A stretch of 64,000 bases of DNA from contig NMRA01000560.1 of the NCBI GenBank assembly GCA_002633005.1, forward strand, positions 137,407 through 201,406. The letters run 5' to 3'. The position numbers and the translations under genes were made by a program. The notes below the pieces were generated by a model. That model searched no databases. It had not been told where the DNA came from and worked only from the letters and a program-made list of their open reading frames with translations. Origin of the DNA: Phoronis australis. Taxonomy: Eukaryota; Animalia; Phoronida. Numbering within the stretch: the first letter of the stretch is position 1; every line of letters begins with the position of its first letter. Shown here in pieces: positions 37,624-50,351 of this stretch.

Positions 37624-38086
37624 ATGGATGTATATACCAAATTCGTCACGCATGCGCCGTTGGCGCCAGCCTTGATAAACAACACCGTCACAGACCTTAC
37701 AAAAGTGTTGACCATCATTAGCTGTACCTCTTCCATTATTGGTGCTTTGGCAATTTTTGCCATTTATCTCAAGTGTCCCAGTATACGGACTACGAGTAAG
37801 GAGCTCATAGTTTATCTCTCTGTTGCTGACCTCCTCACGGCGTCCGGCAACCTTGTTGGAATCGTGCGTTACATATCTACCGAAGCTAACGCCTCGTACA
37901 TCTATGCAGGGAACAGTTCGGATCCATTGTGCATTGGACAAAGTGTTGTTACCACGTACTCCAGTATGTGTTCATTTTTCTGGACAGCTGCTATATCGTT
38001 CTTCATCTTGATGCCCGTTGCCAGGCGCTACATGTTCGGACGGAAATTTCACGTCAGTTGTCACGTCATGTGCTGGTTTGTTCCAG
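37624..38086 (+). CDS. GPR157: GPR157-like paralog B, exon 1
   Basis: SCTSSIIGALAIFAIYLKCPSIRTTSKELIVYLSVADLLTASGNLVG...LCIGQSVVTTYSSMCSFFWTAAIS...CWFVP, CCA G|gt. Confidence 0.9.
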
Positions 38087-39699
38087 GTAAAACACTTGAC
38101 CTATGACTCACTGCGTGATTTTGATAAAAGTAGCTTTTAACTTAAGTTTCTGCTTTCCTAAACGGAAATGACGTTAGCATTTTGTTTTAGATTGTTGCAT
38201 TATGTACAGATGGGCTTAAACCTGCACAGGTGGACTATCAAGTCCTAATCTCGCCGGGTGCACGGTGCGCATGCGTGCGTAGAAATTTGCATCGTTTTGT
38301 TCCGGTCGTCAGATGAGAACAGAAGCTAGCATGGACGCCCGTGGTTGATCAGTTGGAGGTAACTCTGGACTTTTAAAGCTTGCGTAGGTAATCGATAAAC
38401 CCAAGTATTGTATTTACCACATATACTCCGAGGAATTCCTATTGCTAAAGGTTATTTTTTTCACCAGTATTCCTAATCTGCGATTCTTCAAACTGCGCTG
38501 TGAAAAAGTTTACAAACGCTCATGTTCCCATAATCGTCGTTGGCGTTAGCGTTAACGATAGCCTTAACGTTAGCGTTATTATGCATAAAAAATGTCTGAA
38601 CCCACACTCTGGCTTGACATTTCAAGTAGTTTCCGACGTCCATCACCAGAAAAACATGGATGAAAATCCGGTTTTTTCCTATAAAAAGACACTAAAGCCG
38701 AATTTCTCATTCATTTCTCAGAAACAAAATAATATACATGTACTCTGTAACCATCGCCAACTCGCAAAAGTTTGGAAACTTTTTGAAAACTCATTACATA
38801 GTGTGTTAAACGGGCAAACGTGACAGCACTCTTCTTTTATTGAATTGACTATCACATTTCTTCCTCTATTGAATACGCCTTGCTACGACATTGTTCACTA
38901 ACGCACTCAAAGTAAATCAAAATGTTTGTATAGTACTGTGTAAATATTCTTTTCAGTGTCGTTTGCGAGAATTGTCGTGTGCCTGTTCAAGAAGTGATGC
39001 CAGACATCACTAGCGGAATTCGTACAGCAGATACCTGATGGAGTTAATTCGCGACATTACAGCACTGACTGGGAACCCCTTGGTGACGGTGTGGTTCTGA
39101 TCACCCCCTCTTCCGACTTTCTTTCATTACCTGAGTAAGCCAATGAGGAACACGCCTTCCGGACTATCTGCATTGTTCGATATTGCGCACTGCCTAGGTT
39201 GGTTTCAGTGTTGCAGAGAGAAGTTGTACTGTTTTCTATCTGCCAAGGCGCACCAAATCCAAACACTGGTTGGCAAGTCACGTGGTACACTCACCACACT
39301 GCGAAAGATGGACAGTACCCGTTTGCAGAGCTGGAAAGAGACTTTCTCTTGATGAGGAATACCACATGTACCGTGTTGAATGTCTGGGATATGGTTTGCT
39401 GTACTACTGTTTCCAAGGCTTTGGTAGTAGTGAGGCAGTAGGACCTATTAATTGATTTCACTAACTTTTATTTCACAGCCAGGTCGCATCACAAATTCAG
39501 TGTTTGTAGAAAGTGTCATTACGAAGTACATGTAAAAAATATAATGAATTCTCATATGCGCAGAGTATCTTTTTGGCATTATCGTCTCATTAATACCTTT
39601 GAGTTTGCCTTTGACAACAGCCACTGAAGCCCGACTTTTTCATTAGCTAAATTACATTAGCATTGTTATTTCTCATTTTGCTGTCATTCACTAATGTAT

Positions 39700-42400
39700 T
39701 AGCCGCCTTGTCACAAACAAATTTGGTCATGCGTAATAATTTACCATTAGCACTTCAGAACTAGTAAAAACTGCCAGGAATGTCTTTGACTCCACTGTGT
39801 ATCCCTCATGCTCTTATCAATGAACACATTGTGTGGTTAGTTAAAGTCTCTGCTTCCAGCTTCAGTGTTAGGACAAAGGATAAACTCAAAACAATGTTTC
39901 CAGTTAGCAACATTGCAGAGAGCTTTTCTTTCAGCATAACAACCGCATCATATGTGATCAGTGATAGGGTTGGCACCACACTTCAGGCTGATAATCATCA
40001 GATCTTTTGGTCAAATCCAAACTACCATTTGTTCTGCAAAACGACCACTGTTTAAGTGAAGAAACAGATGGACTTGACACTAAGGCTCATGTCTTTGACA
40101 CACAGGAAAGTGTGGGTCTTTTTTGGCCATGCTAAAGGAGCTACTGTTGCTTCAAGGATGTCTGAAAGCATGAAAGAGCATGGCATCCCCGTGGACAGGC
40201 TGCTAACGTGGGTGAGAGATGGTCCAAATGCGGACACGACAGTCTTTCATAACCTACAAGAATTGATTAAGACAGAACACAACACTTCTGGTGGATTGTA
40301 GGACTTAGGTGGTTGCATTCTTCATAATGTCCATAATGCGTTTGGCAAAGATTTGGAAAGTTATGGTAAGGAGATTGGTCACCTTTGCCTCGATATTCAT
40401 GCTCTGCTCAAGTATATTTCTGCGCGTCGGGAAGACTACCAAGATCTTCAAAGAACGATGGAAAGTGATCTCTTCCTCTTCGAGCAACATACAGAAGTAA
40501 GGTGGCTGAGTCTTGGAAGCGCCATCAAGAGAATCCGTGTACAGTGGGATTGTATCTGCAGCTTCGTTGAGGAGCTAGGAAAGAACGATATGGTTGAGCC
40601 GAAAATTTAAAGCTACAAAAGAGTCGCTTGTATTTTATCGGGTGGACACAGGCAGGAAACTAGTATACATCTTGACTTTTTGAGCTACGTTGCTTCTGTG
40701 TTTGAAGAGTTCCTGTGCCACGTCTAGCCTTCGCCCCCTACTATCCATTTGGTTTATGAGCACATGTGCAGCACACTGTTGAAGCTGATGAGGAGCTGCT
40801 TGAAAGATAACGAACTAAGTTGTACTGGAGCAGACTGGAGCAGACTGGAGCGCTGTGCATGTAAAGGAGTTGAAGCTACACTTGTAAGACAAGGAACTGG
40901 TCACTGGTGAGAGTACACGAAGGGAGCTAGAGAAAGTACTGAAGCCAAAGCCTGAGGTGAAGAAGTCGATCTTATGAGGAATGCACTTTTTCTTCATTGT
41001 TTCCTTGCAGTACCTCCAGAGCCTCTTGGATCTTCACAACACACTGTTGAGGGATTGGGGCTGCCGGAGTCCTCTGAGACGGAGTGGCGAGGAAGGTGCA
41101 ACTAACTGCTGACATGTCTTGAATGGTTGATGAAAAGAAAATGTTCATGCGTCATTGCCACCATATGATTACAGTGCTGCAGTTGGAGATTTCTGGAATG
41201 GTGTCTTTTCACTGAGAGGTGTGGACGGAAGACATGGCGGAGTTTTCCCGTTCAGCGACTTTACCAGATGTAGAGGGTTGTAAGCGTGTTATAACATCTA
41301 ACTTCTTTGTTAACTGCCAAGCACAGTCTTTAACCAGGTATGACAACAGGCAGGCCAATTATCTACCAGGCTTATTACTGACCACGTGTGAACACAGTTA
41401 AACCCAGAGCGATGGTATGTTTGGAAAGAATAGATTGTCGTAACTTCGGTTGTAGTTGGGCGATTTTGGTGATTCAAAAACTAAGCATGATCAGCATTTG
41501 ACAAGGAATCCAGAAATTCTATTGGTTTATGTTCAAATATGTTATTACTTAACTTTAATTTTTAGCAGCAGAGCCCAGTCAGGCTAGATACGATCTGATC
41601 GGAGATTAGAGCAATTATCGAACAAAAGAGATCTGGCCCTCCAACCATAAATACCAGAATAGAGTTAATCAGTCGTGTAAGATATTGGCTACGGGGGTCA
41701 TCTTCCCAACTTGTTGTTGGGCTGTGGAATCGAACAAGTTGGGAGCAACGGGAAAACGCCGTAATGGTTAGATATGAAATGCTCCCACCAATAGTGAAAG
41801 CTGACCTCGCCCTCGCCCAAACTAATGCCGAGTCGGAAAGAAGCCAGTCCATTAGTTTTCGCGTTCTTTCTAAAGATCAAACTTGTATTGGTGAAGCAAC
41901 CACAGTAAGTCTCCGCACTTTGAAGGAAGCTGTTAAGTTTTATGATCCTGAGAGAACTGCATTGACCAGGGAGCTCAGATTGGTCTACAAATCTGCACAT
42001 TCAAATTACCATGCACTACCAGAAGAAGAGAGACAAGAACATTAGCATTTACGACAAGAACCGCAAGCAAGGAAACTTGAATTGGGGATGGCACAGAAAC
42101 AACAGGAAAAGTTGAAACGTGCTAAAACTTTTTGAGTAAGAAACCGATCTCGCTAAAGAAGAAAAATGGTCTTCGGAGAAATGAAGGCTGAGGATGAGCT
42201 CATGACTATTTCATCAGCTGTCTCCAAGCAAACAATGACTGTTGCATCCATGGTATTCCACTTTGCAACAGCAAAACGTCATGAACTAAGTAAATGCATC
42301 GACGGAATCCGTGGAAAACGAAAGCATCATGAAAGAAAAACACATCAGCTTCTTGAAAAAGCTATGTCAAGTGGCCTGAAGAAATTCAAGAAAGCATAGA
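39700..42400 (+). mobile_element. decayed hAT transposase in intron 1 of paralog B
   Basis: RDGPNA, GCILHNVHNAF (CxxH), ARREDY, TEVRWLSL, and dimerization motif LALAQTNAESERSQS; many stops/frameshifts; ends not resolved. Confidence 0.88.
41255..41778 (-). repeat. SINE-like insertion interrupting the hAT transposase (copy 2 of the 4578-4930 repeat)
   Basis: splits FP/MLPPIVK; GTTCGATTCC on minus strand; homologous to 4578-4930. Confidence 0.7.
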
Positions 42401-43009
42401 CTGCGTGCCCACTTTCGCTGAAGAAATTAATTAGTTAAATTTAAATTACAAATTGTCTATTGAGCGTTCCTTATGTAGACTGATGTGTAGAATACAGTTG
42501 TTTTGTGGTTTGAAGCTCATTTGTTTTTGTTTTGTTTTTTTTTTGTTTTTGCAGAGACAACAACGTAAAGATGTTCCTATTTTGTCATTATTTGTCTTCT
42601 TTTTTATTTTTACTGAAAATTTCCTACTTTCTTATTATTTTCAAAGCCTTATGTTATTTGACACCTTGCACATTGCTGTTAAACGTACGAGTCACATGCG
42701 AAATTGAAGTCATGTACGAAAAATCGGATGGTGTAGACAAATGCCTTTCTAGTAACGTGTTTGAACAATGTGCGAAAAGTTCGTGACGTACGTACGAGGT
42801 GTGGCGGAAGTGTGGGCAATACGCTGCACAGAATTGTTGGACGTACCTTCAGCAACCATATTAATTTGCCTCATAAGAGGAGTTAAATGGGTGCCTTTGC
42901 TAATGGTTCTGGTTCACCATGTTTCTGATGTGATATTGGGATGTCGTGGTCCAGGTTGGCGAATAGTGTGATCGATTGCTGTGATGGACATTTCTTTACT
43001 CCGTTGTAG

Positions 43010-43212
43010 GCATTATCGTGACGACGGCGGCATGTCGGGGTAAACTGGGTGAAGACCGTGCCCATACGAGCGGTGGCTGGTGTTGGATTAACGGTAGTTT
43101 ACCACCAAGTGATCGACTTGCCTGGATGATCTTCACGGGCAAGGGGTGGGAATTGAGTGTGTACATCATCACGGCTGTTAACTACATTCTACTTAGGTAC
43201 CTGTGGTATAAG
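43010..43212 (+). CDS. GPR157: GPR157-like paralog B, exon 2
   Basis: ttgtag|GC...AAG|gtacgt; LGEDRAHTSGGWCWING...WMIFTGKGWELSVYII. Confidence 0.9.
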
Positions 43213-44223
43213 GTACGTGGGAACTGGGTCACGGTGCATTCCTTCATTTACCCAGGTATCTTGAAATACCATTTTAGATAATTCGGTTTTCATTGCTTCT
43301 ACTTTGACCTGTCAGACTGACACGAATACAAGCACATGCATTGACATTCCTATAAAGTTTTCAATGTTTTTGTAATTATAAAGCTGCTGGTAATTACATC
43401 CCATTATGTAATTTATCAATTTTTAATTACACTGTATTGCTGTACCAGCAAGGCTTTTCTTACAGCCCTTACTATAGCAAGAAACACAGACTCTTCTTGT
43501 CACAATGGTCGCAGTGAACTCGTACAGGGATTGAAAGAGGTTCCCCTTTACGTCGATCAATGCATTTGGCGAATCTGCTCATTGGGTCCGTCTCAAAATC
43601 GGGAGCTACTCTGCTGTTGCAGCGCTAGTAATTGAGATGAACTTTTGTTGCTTAACATTTATTTGTTGTCGCTTTCGGGTGACAAAAGGCAGTGACAATC
43701 TTACGCCATCTTTTGACATACCATTAAACTGTACCAGAAACAAGTGCACTTTTGATGTACGTCGATGTACAAATGTTTTGTTTGGTTCATTTAAACTAAT
43801 TTAGGAAACAATTTATTCATTTTCAGACCCTTAGCTTTTGGAATGGAAATTGAGCGTTTGTGATTAATGTATCTTTATTCCTTTCGACTGCGAGTAACCA
43901 GTACTCCTGCGCTCCTTCCTCCTTTAACCTTCGACGTTGTCATAGACTCTGCCATCTCTTGTCGCCATCGAGTCTTCCTTTTCTGGTCGATACAAAGTCT
44001 TCCCATTGTCGCCAATATAAGGACAGCGACGGCGGTGAATCAAGTTAAATTTCCTAGCCTGAAGCACACCGCAACCCCCGGTGAGGGTATGTTCAAACCA
44101 CTGTCACCTTCCTTTTTACGGGCCTGGTCTTACCTTCTGTCACGATCAACATTTCATTAGCAAAAGGTGTGACCATTCATGTACATTATTTTTGGTTACT
44201 GTTTATCTCAATGTTGTTTCTAG

Positions 44224-44427
44224 CGCCAACATGCAGTCCCGTGGCCTCCAATCATCCACTACGAGGCAGACGAGCGCTACACGTTAAAGCAAGAAGACAA
44301 GAACTTTCTCTACGTGCCAGTGTTGCTGTATCTCCTTCGTTTTTGGGGAACCATCCGATTTGTTTTGTCTTTCTGTGGCGATAATGGTGACATAGACACT
44401 GTCTCCAGCGTCCTGCAACCACTTCAC
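44224..44427 (+). CDS. GPR157: GPR157-like paralog B, exon 3
   Basis: ttctag|CGC...CAC|gtaggt; QEDKNFLYVPVLLYLLRFWGTIRF. Confidence 0.9.
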
Positions 44428-44982
44428 GTAGGTACAACATATGTACATACCTCTCGCAAACTTCACAGTTTTCGAAATATATATTACAATTGTCTGAGAC
44501 ACTGTATATACACGCTTCGGTAGATTACCCAGGTTAATGAAACCCAGACAAGAAACTTGGCAAGAGGAGATTTCACATCCGGGGCCGTCGTTTAGTCACT
44601 TGTTACGGGGACCATCTCCACGTCACTGACCTCAAGCTTGTAGGGCTATTCTTATGCGTTAGTTGGCACGGGAATACATAAAACATACCTCATAGTTGAA
44701 CGTTGCAGGGCATATACCAGTGAAACATAGAGTTGCCAAAACCTGTTTCACGATTTTCCATTAATGACATCTGTTACATGAAACAGGTAGCAGGTCTCGA
44801 ATGACATTTGATACACGAGGCGAGGGATTTTTAATATACATAACAATAGTTAGATTGGATGTAGGTTCTGTTCTCATGTCGAGGCGTTTTTATATGCTTC
44901 AAAATGTCATACACGACGGTTACGATTAACTAAATGAATTCTAACAATTACCACAAAGCTGTCAATTTGTATCGAATTGCAG

Positions 44983-45222
44983 GGACTTGGTGACAGCGGG
45001 CAGGCGTTCTGGAACTTCATTGTTTTCTTTCTCTTGGATTCTTCCGTTCGCTCTAAGTTGTGTATACAGGCGGTCAGTGACAGTGAGCTTGGTGAAACGA
45101 CACTACTAGCCAATGAGAGAACACCGCTGATAACTGAGAACCGCGATGGAGGCTTTGGCTCTTCCGAAAGTCGTGCTGCCTCCCCCCAGATTGGTGATCA
45201 CCATGGATACACTATTTCGTAA
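44983..45222 (+). CDS. GPR157: GPR157-like paralog B, exon 4
   Basis: ttgcag|GGA; GLGDSGQAFWNFIVFFLLDSSVR...TAA; spliced CDS 1110 nt. Confidence 0.9.
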   Translation, partial: GLGDSGQAFWNFIVFFLLDSSVRSKLCIQAVSDSELGETTLLANERTPLITENRDGGFGSSESRAASPQIGDHHGYTIS

Positions 45223-46010
45223 TGATCAGGATTAAAACTGAACTGTGTTATTTGTGTGCTTTTTGCTGTACCAATGATGCCATGACCTTGGTAAAGATCT
45301 ACGAAAAGTGTTCATGACTTTTCAAAGTGCCGGGGATGAGAATGAGGCTGCTCAAATTTTGAAATGACTCGTTACTCTTCGTCTGTGTCATATGGTTCTC
45401 TCTGCCTGCATTACTCTCTTTCAACCAATACGTTGCAGTGAAGCGATGTAATTATCATTGAAGGGTTGTCGACGCATGTTGGTATTTCAACGCAGTACGT
45501 ACAGAGTTCATTCAATTCTTTGCCCATACGATTTTAGCTATAATACGCGGTGTTCCTAAAATGTCTAATGACATCAAAGTTTTACCTGATAAATATTTAT
45601 AATTTACAGGTCTGCGAAAAAGAGGTATTTCAAAACACTTGTGCCAAATACTCATGATCAAATATGATGTTTCGTGTTCTGTGGAGTCTTCAATAGTGTT
45701 CACGTACTTATATAATAACTCTAGAGGTGATACATTAATATATTGTCTCAATGACCTTGTGCAGGTATATTTCAAGCACCTTTCAGTCACGCATCAGAGA
45801 AACTGCACTTGACAAGACACTTTGTTTTTATGGTTATCATGTCTTCCCCTTTCATCTAGCGCTATTGTGGGATTTTGCGGAAGTTGTCACACCCAGTAAC
45901 TGTTCACACGTTTGACGTCTTTTTGTTATTAGTGAAAGTAACAACAAAAGCGCTAGTATTTAAAACACCGTTCACAAGTGCTACGTTCACGTAAGTGACG
46001 AAGATTCTAG

Positions 46011-47805
46011 TAGTTTCATTGGCTAAGACGGTAGCGAAATAGCTAGCGTTTTAGCCAGACAGGCGAGCTGTCCGCGAAGGGAAAATTTTTGCCAGCTCTA
46101 TGTTTGTTTCCTCACCAACCAAATTACCGTTAAGCAAATATTTATTTCGAAACGTCACAAAGATAAAAGAATAGCGTCTCATCCTTGCACATGTGTGTCC
46201 TTTGAGCCAAGCGGTTCGGCTATAAAGGTGCTAGCGGAAAGTGTCAGTAGTTTTTGGGTAACGCAAGCCTCTTGTAAAGCGCAAGGAAAAGTGGCCCTTG
46301 CGACCGTTCATATTGTTGTCGTTTTTGCTGGTAGCGAAAATGCTAGCGTTTTCGATATCACTTTCGTTGTTAGCAAAAACGTCAGTCATGTGGACGGTTA
46401 CAAGTGTCACTTTTACTGGAGGTTTGCTGGCGGTTTGAGTAACTCCGAAGCTGTTTATTTTCGCTAGAACTTTTGTAGTGAGACCCGTTATTTCAAAGGA
46501 CAAACATTCGCAGAAGTCAGAGGCTTTTGGTGATCGTCACATTAATGAGTTTGAGTCAGTGCCGGATTTAGAAGGGGCAAGGGGGATAATTCTCCCGGGC
46601 CCCCTTCCAGAGGGTTTCCATTTTGAATGAAGAACTTAAAAATCATTGCGTAGCAATGGCGACCAAGATCTCCAAAACCGCGCCACTGCACCACTTTTTT
46701 GGCTTACCTGTGTCTACGCTGGAAACCAAAACATCCATTTGGGCCTTTGATCTCTAGGTCAGTGTGGTTATTCGGTGTTCTTGCCCGTGCAAGTAATCCA
46801 CTCCAGAACTAGGATTAGCAGCAGTAAACTTTCTCGGCGATGCCTCTGCCTGGAAGGAACGCACGATGCACCGATAGCTTCACTGTCCGTGCCTCAGAAG
46901 AGTAGGCCCTCATTTTCTAAAAAGGGGCGTGAAAAGCGGAGTTGTGCTGTACAAACCACCACCACCCATAGCGGTGCAAGATACTACACGTAGACAAGAC
47001 TCCCGTGAACTCCCAGGAGAGTTCTGACTGCAAGTGCACAATGACGTGGAGAGTTGTGCAGTTAATGCTACAAGTAGGCCTGTGTCAGACGCAACATTTG
47101 ATTCTGATCTTGCATCATGGTTTTCTGTCACAGAAAAACATATTTCGTTTTGGTCAAAATCATTCACGGTACGCCCTAACAAAAACGAATCTTGGCTCGT
47201 ATCCAGAATGTCGTCGCCATTATCAGACAAGCAAAAGCACGGGGAAGATGTATGGACATAGCCGATATTTTCAGAAATCAAGGTTTCATACATTGATAAC
47301 GAATAAGATATCTGTGTTTTATACTTGTTGTGACATTGGTGAGCACTACTTGCTGGAATTGTCTGGTTTTGGATGTTTAGTACAAATCTACACGAAACAT
47401 TGATTACAGAATACATTGCAAAAGATAACTTGAATTTTGTTTCCAAACACGTTACTGTAGATATTAACTGCCAGAAATGCACTCGACTACAACTGGCACA
47501 CGTGTCTGCTGCTGACTAGTAAAAGAAGCAATGTTGTAAACATGTTCACACATTTTCCCCGATCTTACTTAATCTACATTGCTAAGTGAGGGGTTCCCGC
47601 CCGTAAAGTGCCCCAGGCCCTCCAGGCATTGCAGAGAATGAACGTGTTTGCCATCAAATTCTGCTTAAAGGTTAAAGCGACTCGGGTGGATGAAAACAAA
47701 CTAACTGCTTTCTAAAATGACCCCCACGAACAGCTCTTCTGTCTGGCTAAAACGCTAGCACTTTCGCTAGCGAAGCTGCTAGCGTTTTAGCCACTCATGA
47801 ACCTG
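46011..47805. mobile_element. 1.8-kb TIR element (hAT-like CAG terminus) with GCTAGCG subterminal motifs and a nested MITE at ~46558-46690
   Basis: gctagcgttttagccagacag at left inverted as ctgtctggctaaaacgctagc at right; right end ccactcatgaacctg. Confidence 0.7.
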
Positions 47806-48929
47806 GTATTATCCAGTTTATTAACCGGATAATCTGAGAAGGTAATGACCTCACTTTCAGTAGATTCTAAGAACACGTGCATCATCGTGTATTCGCTGAT
47901 GTACACCAACAAAATTGGCGAAGCTCCTGGAAGTCGTTGATACCCTTTGTTTACAAGAAATATTCGTCGAATGCAAAAATATCACTAACCGATGATAGTC
48001 TTAATCATTATCTTTTGTGTCCAAAGAAGTCTTCATACATTTGGACTAACACATACAATTTATTCGTAGACATCTGGCGAAAACGGGAAGAAGTTGCTTT
48101 AATGTATTGTTGCCAGCTTAGATGATGGTGACCAGGTCACGAGGTCCGAGGAATGTAATGGAAATGGTCTCATGCAAGTGTAAAAATGCTCGACCAAAGG
48201 GTAGCTCCACGCTTCTTGATGGATGCTCAATACACAAGTGCGTGCTTGCGTGAAGTACAAATAAATACAAAACTTCTCGTGTCTGTTTATCTGGGCCCAG
48301 TTGCATAAATGTTATACGTCGTATAGCAACAATGACGTCGCATTATCACGGGTCATGTTGTTATTATTGAACAATACACCTGACATCATGCAACAATCAA
48401 ACTTATCCAGCGGATAACTTTTGAAGCTTTATGCAACTCAGCCGTGGTGTACATATTAATTGAAATCTCCTCCATTTTGTGAAGGATGCATTCGTTGCAA
48501 ACAAGGTGGAGAAAAATATTATTGAGGAACTTAAAACTTCGCTTACAATTTGAGACCACCCCCCCCCCCCCTCCCCATAGGACTCCTCGTCGCACTATTG
48601 ACAATTCAGATATCTATTCAAAATTCTTAATGGGGCATTATCGGCGACAAAGTGATAAGTAATTTTCTGGTTTTCTGGGACCAGTTTCAGCGAGGAATTT
48701 AAAAACCCTCTACTCCCGCGTCGCAATCTTAAGTCCTCGCCAGACAGCATGCGAGCGAGCACGCATTTCGTGTTTCAGTCAAAGACAAAATGAAAACATT
48801 ACAAAATACGGACTATCAATGGAAAGAACCCCAAATTCTATAGTTATTTATAATCTATCATATAGGCGAGCCATCCTCTAATAGTGGTTGTCATCTATAG
48901 GATTCAATAGGATCCTATACATTTTGTTA

Positions 48930-49490
48930 AGGGCATGTCCGATGTGGAGTCCTCAGACCTCGAGAAACTGAAGCGGAGTTCAAAGGCACAACTCCAGGTC
49001 TGTCTTCAGTAATTAGAAGAAGGAATCTAGCATCTCTGAAATCGCCAGCAAGCATGGCTGGGTCCTGAAATGGAGAAAACAGCAGTTTATACGTGTACTC
49101 GTTATTCCGCTGCACGTCTGGTAAACCTACAGATTCAAAACGACCACCCATATTCAACTACAAATACCCATCGCGAACACGTAGAGAGTCTATTGGCCTT
49201 CTTGTACCATCAACGTTGAAAATGTGGAACACAATACTACGTATAGAGAAAAGATCCATTTTGAAACCAAAGAAATCGTACCTTGCATAAAACGCGTACA
49301 GCCGTTTCGTCCATATCTCGAACATGGACTTTATTCACCACTGGGTGCGCTTTCTTTGGTTTCAAAAAGGATCTTTTCTCTGTATTTCTGTAAATGGAAC
49401 CCAGGAATATACATGTACATAGTATCATATTACTAGGTGAAGCTGTCATGGCCGCACCTGTAACTACGTTCAGGATCACGTTCTAAAGTG
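48930..49490 (+). mobile_element. decayed LINE (CR1/L2-like) 3' fragment
   Basis: RTRRESIGLLVPSTLKMWNTIL resembles the RT..SF.P.T...WN.L C-terminus of CR1-group ORF2. Confidence 0.45.
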
Positions 49491-50351
49491 TATCTGTACT
49501 GTACTCATCCTCTAATCATCTCGTTGTATGCGATACTCATCAAATCGCTTTGTGTGATACTCGTAACTGAGTCGGCACAATAATAGATCACACAACGGAT
49601 TGCAGGTCCATTCGGCATTGAGGCCGATCTCGGAAGATCACGGTGATAATGGCCTATTTTAAAAAGACTATCGGGATTCATTTTTCCATTTGTCCTAGTC
49701 AGAATTGAAAATTTTCATCGCTTTTTTCCGTTTTCAAAAACGATTATCCGCGGAAACTGTCCTTAATTTTACTAGACTCTGCAAAGCGACATTGATGTGC
49801 GGTCTTGCAATCAGATGCCGTAGTTCACCTGGTCAGTGTGGTTGTGCAAAGGAGGTTGGCTACAATTGAAACGCTGTCTTCACGGAACTATGTTCTGATT
49901 TGATAATTTATCTACCTTAAAAGCGCCGAGGATTGGTAGACACGGCATTTATTAAGTATCGCCGTTAGCCTAGCAACGTGTATTTAGTATAATGCATATA
50001 GTTTTCGCTAGTAGTAGTGGGAGATACATGGAGACGTGCTAGGGTGACCGTGTCATTTCCGAATATACACGTGTCAGCAACAAATGCCACCAGACTGCAC
50101 GTGAACACATGGTGTACAAAAACTAGCTATTTCGTTAACGCTTGTCAACAGATACTCAACGTGGTCTGCCAGTCGGGAATTTTAAAAAAGTTGTCTGCAA
50201 ACATTTCTACTTGGTTCACCTACTGAGACGGTTTATCACAAGATCGTGGTGATCAATGTTAAGGACGCCGGTAACAACGCACCGTTGTCGGAACGGACGT
50301 ATTTGTTGATCCTTCGAGACGCATTCTGACAAGGTCGTGCAGATCAATGTT

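Noticed and set aside
46910-47482. 190-aa minus-strand ORF as a host gene
   Set aside because: Inside a TIR element, no recognisable domain, non-ATG start.
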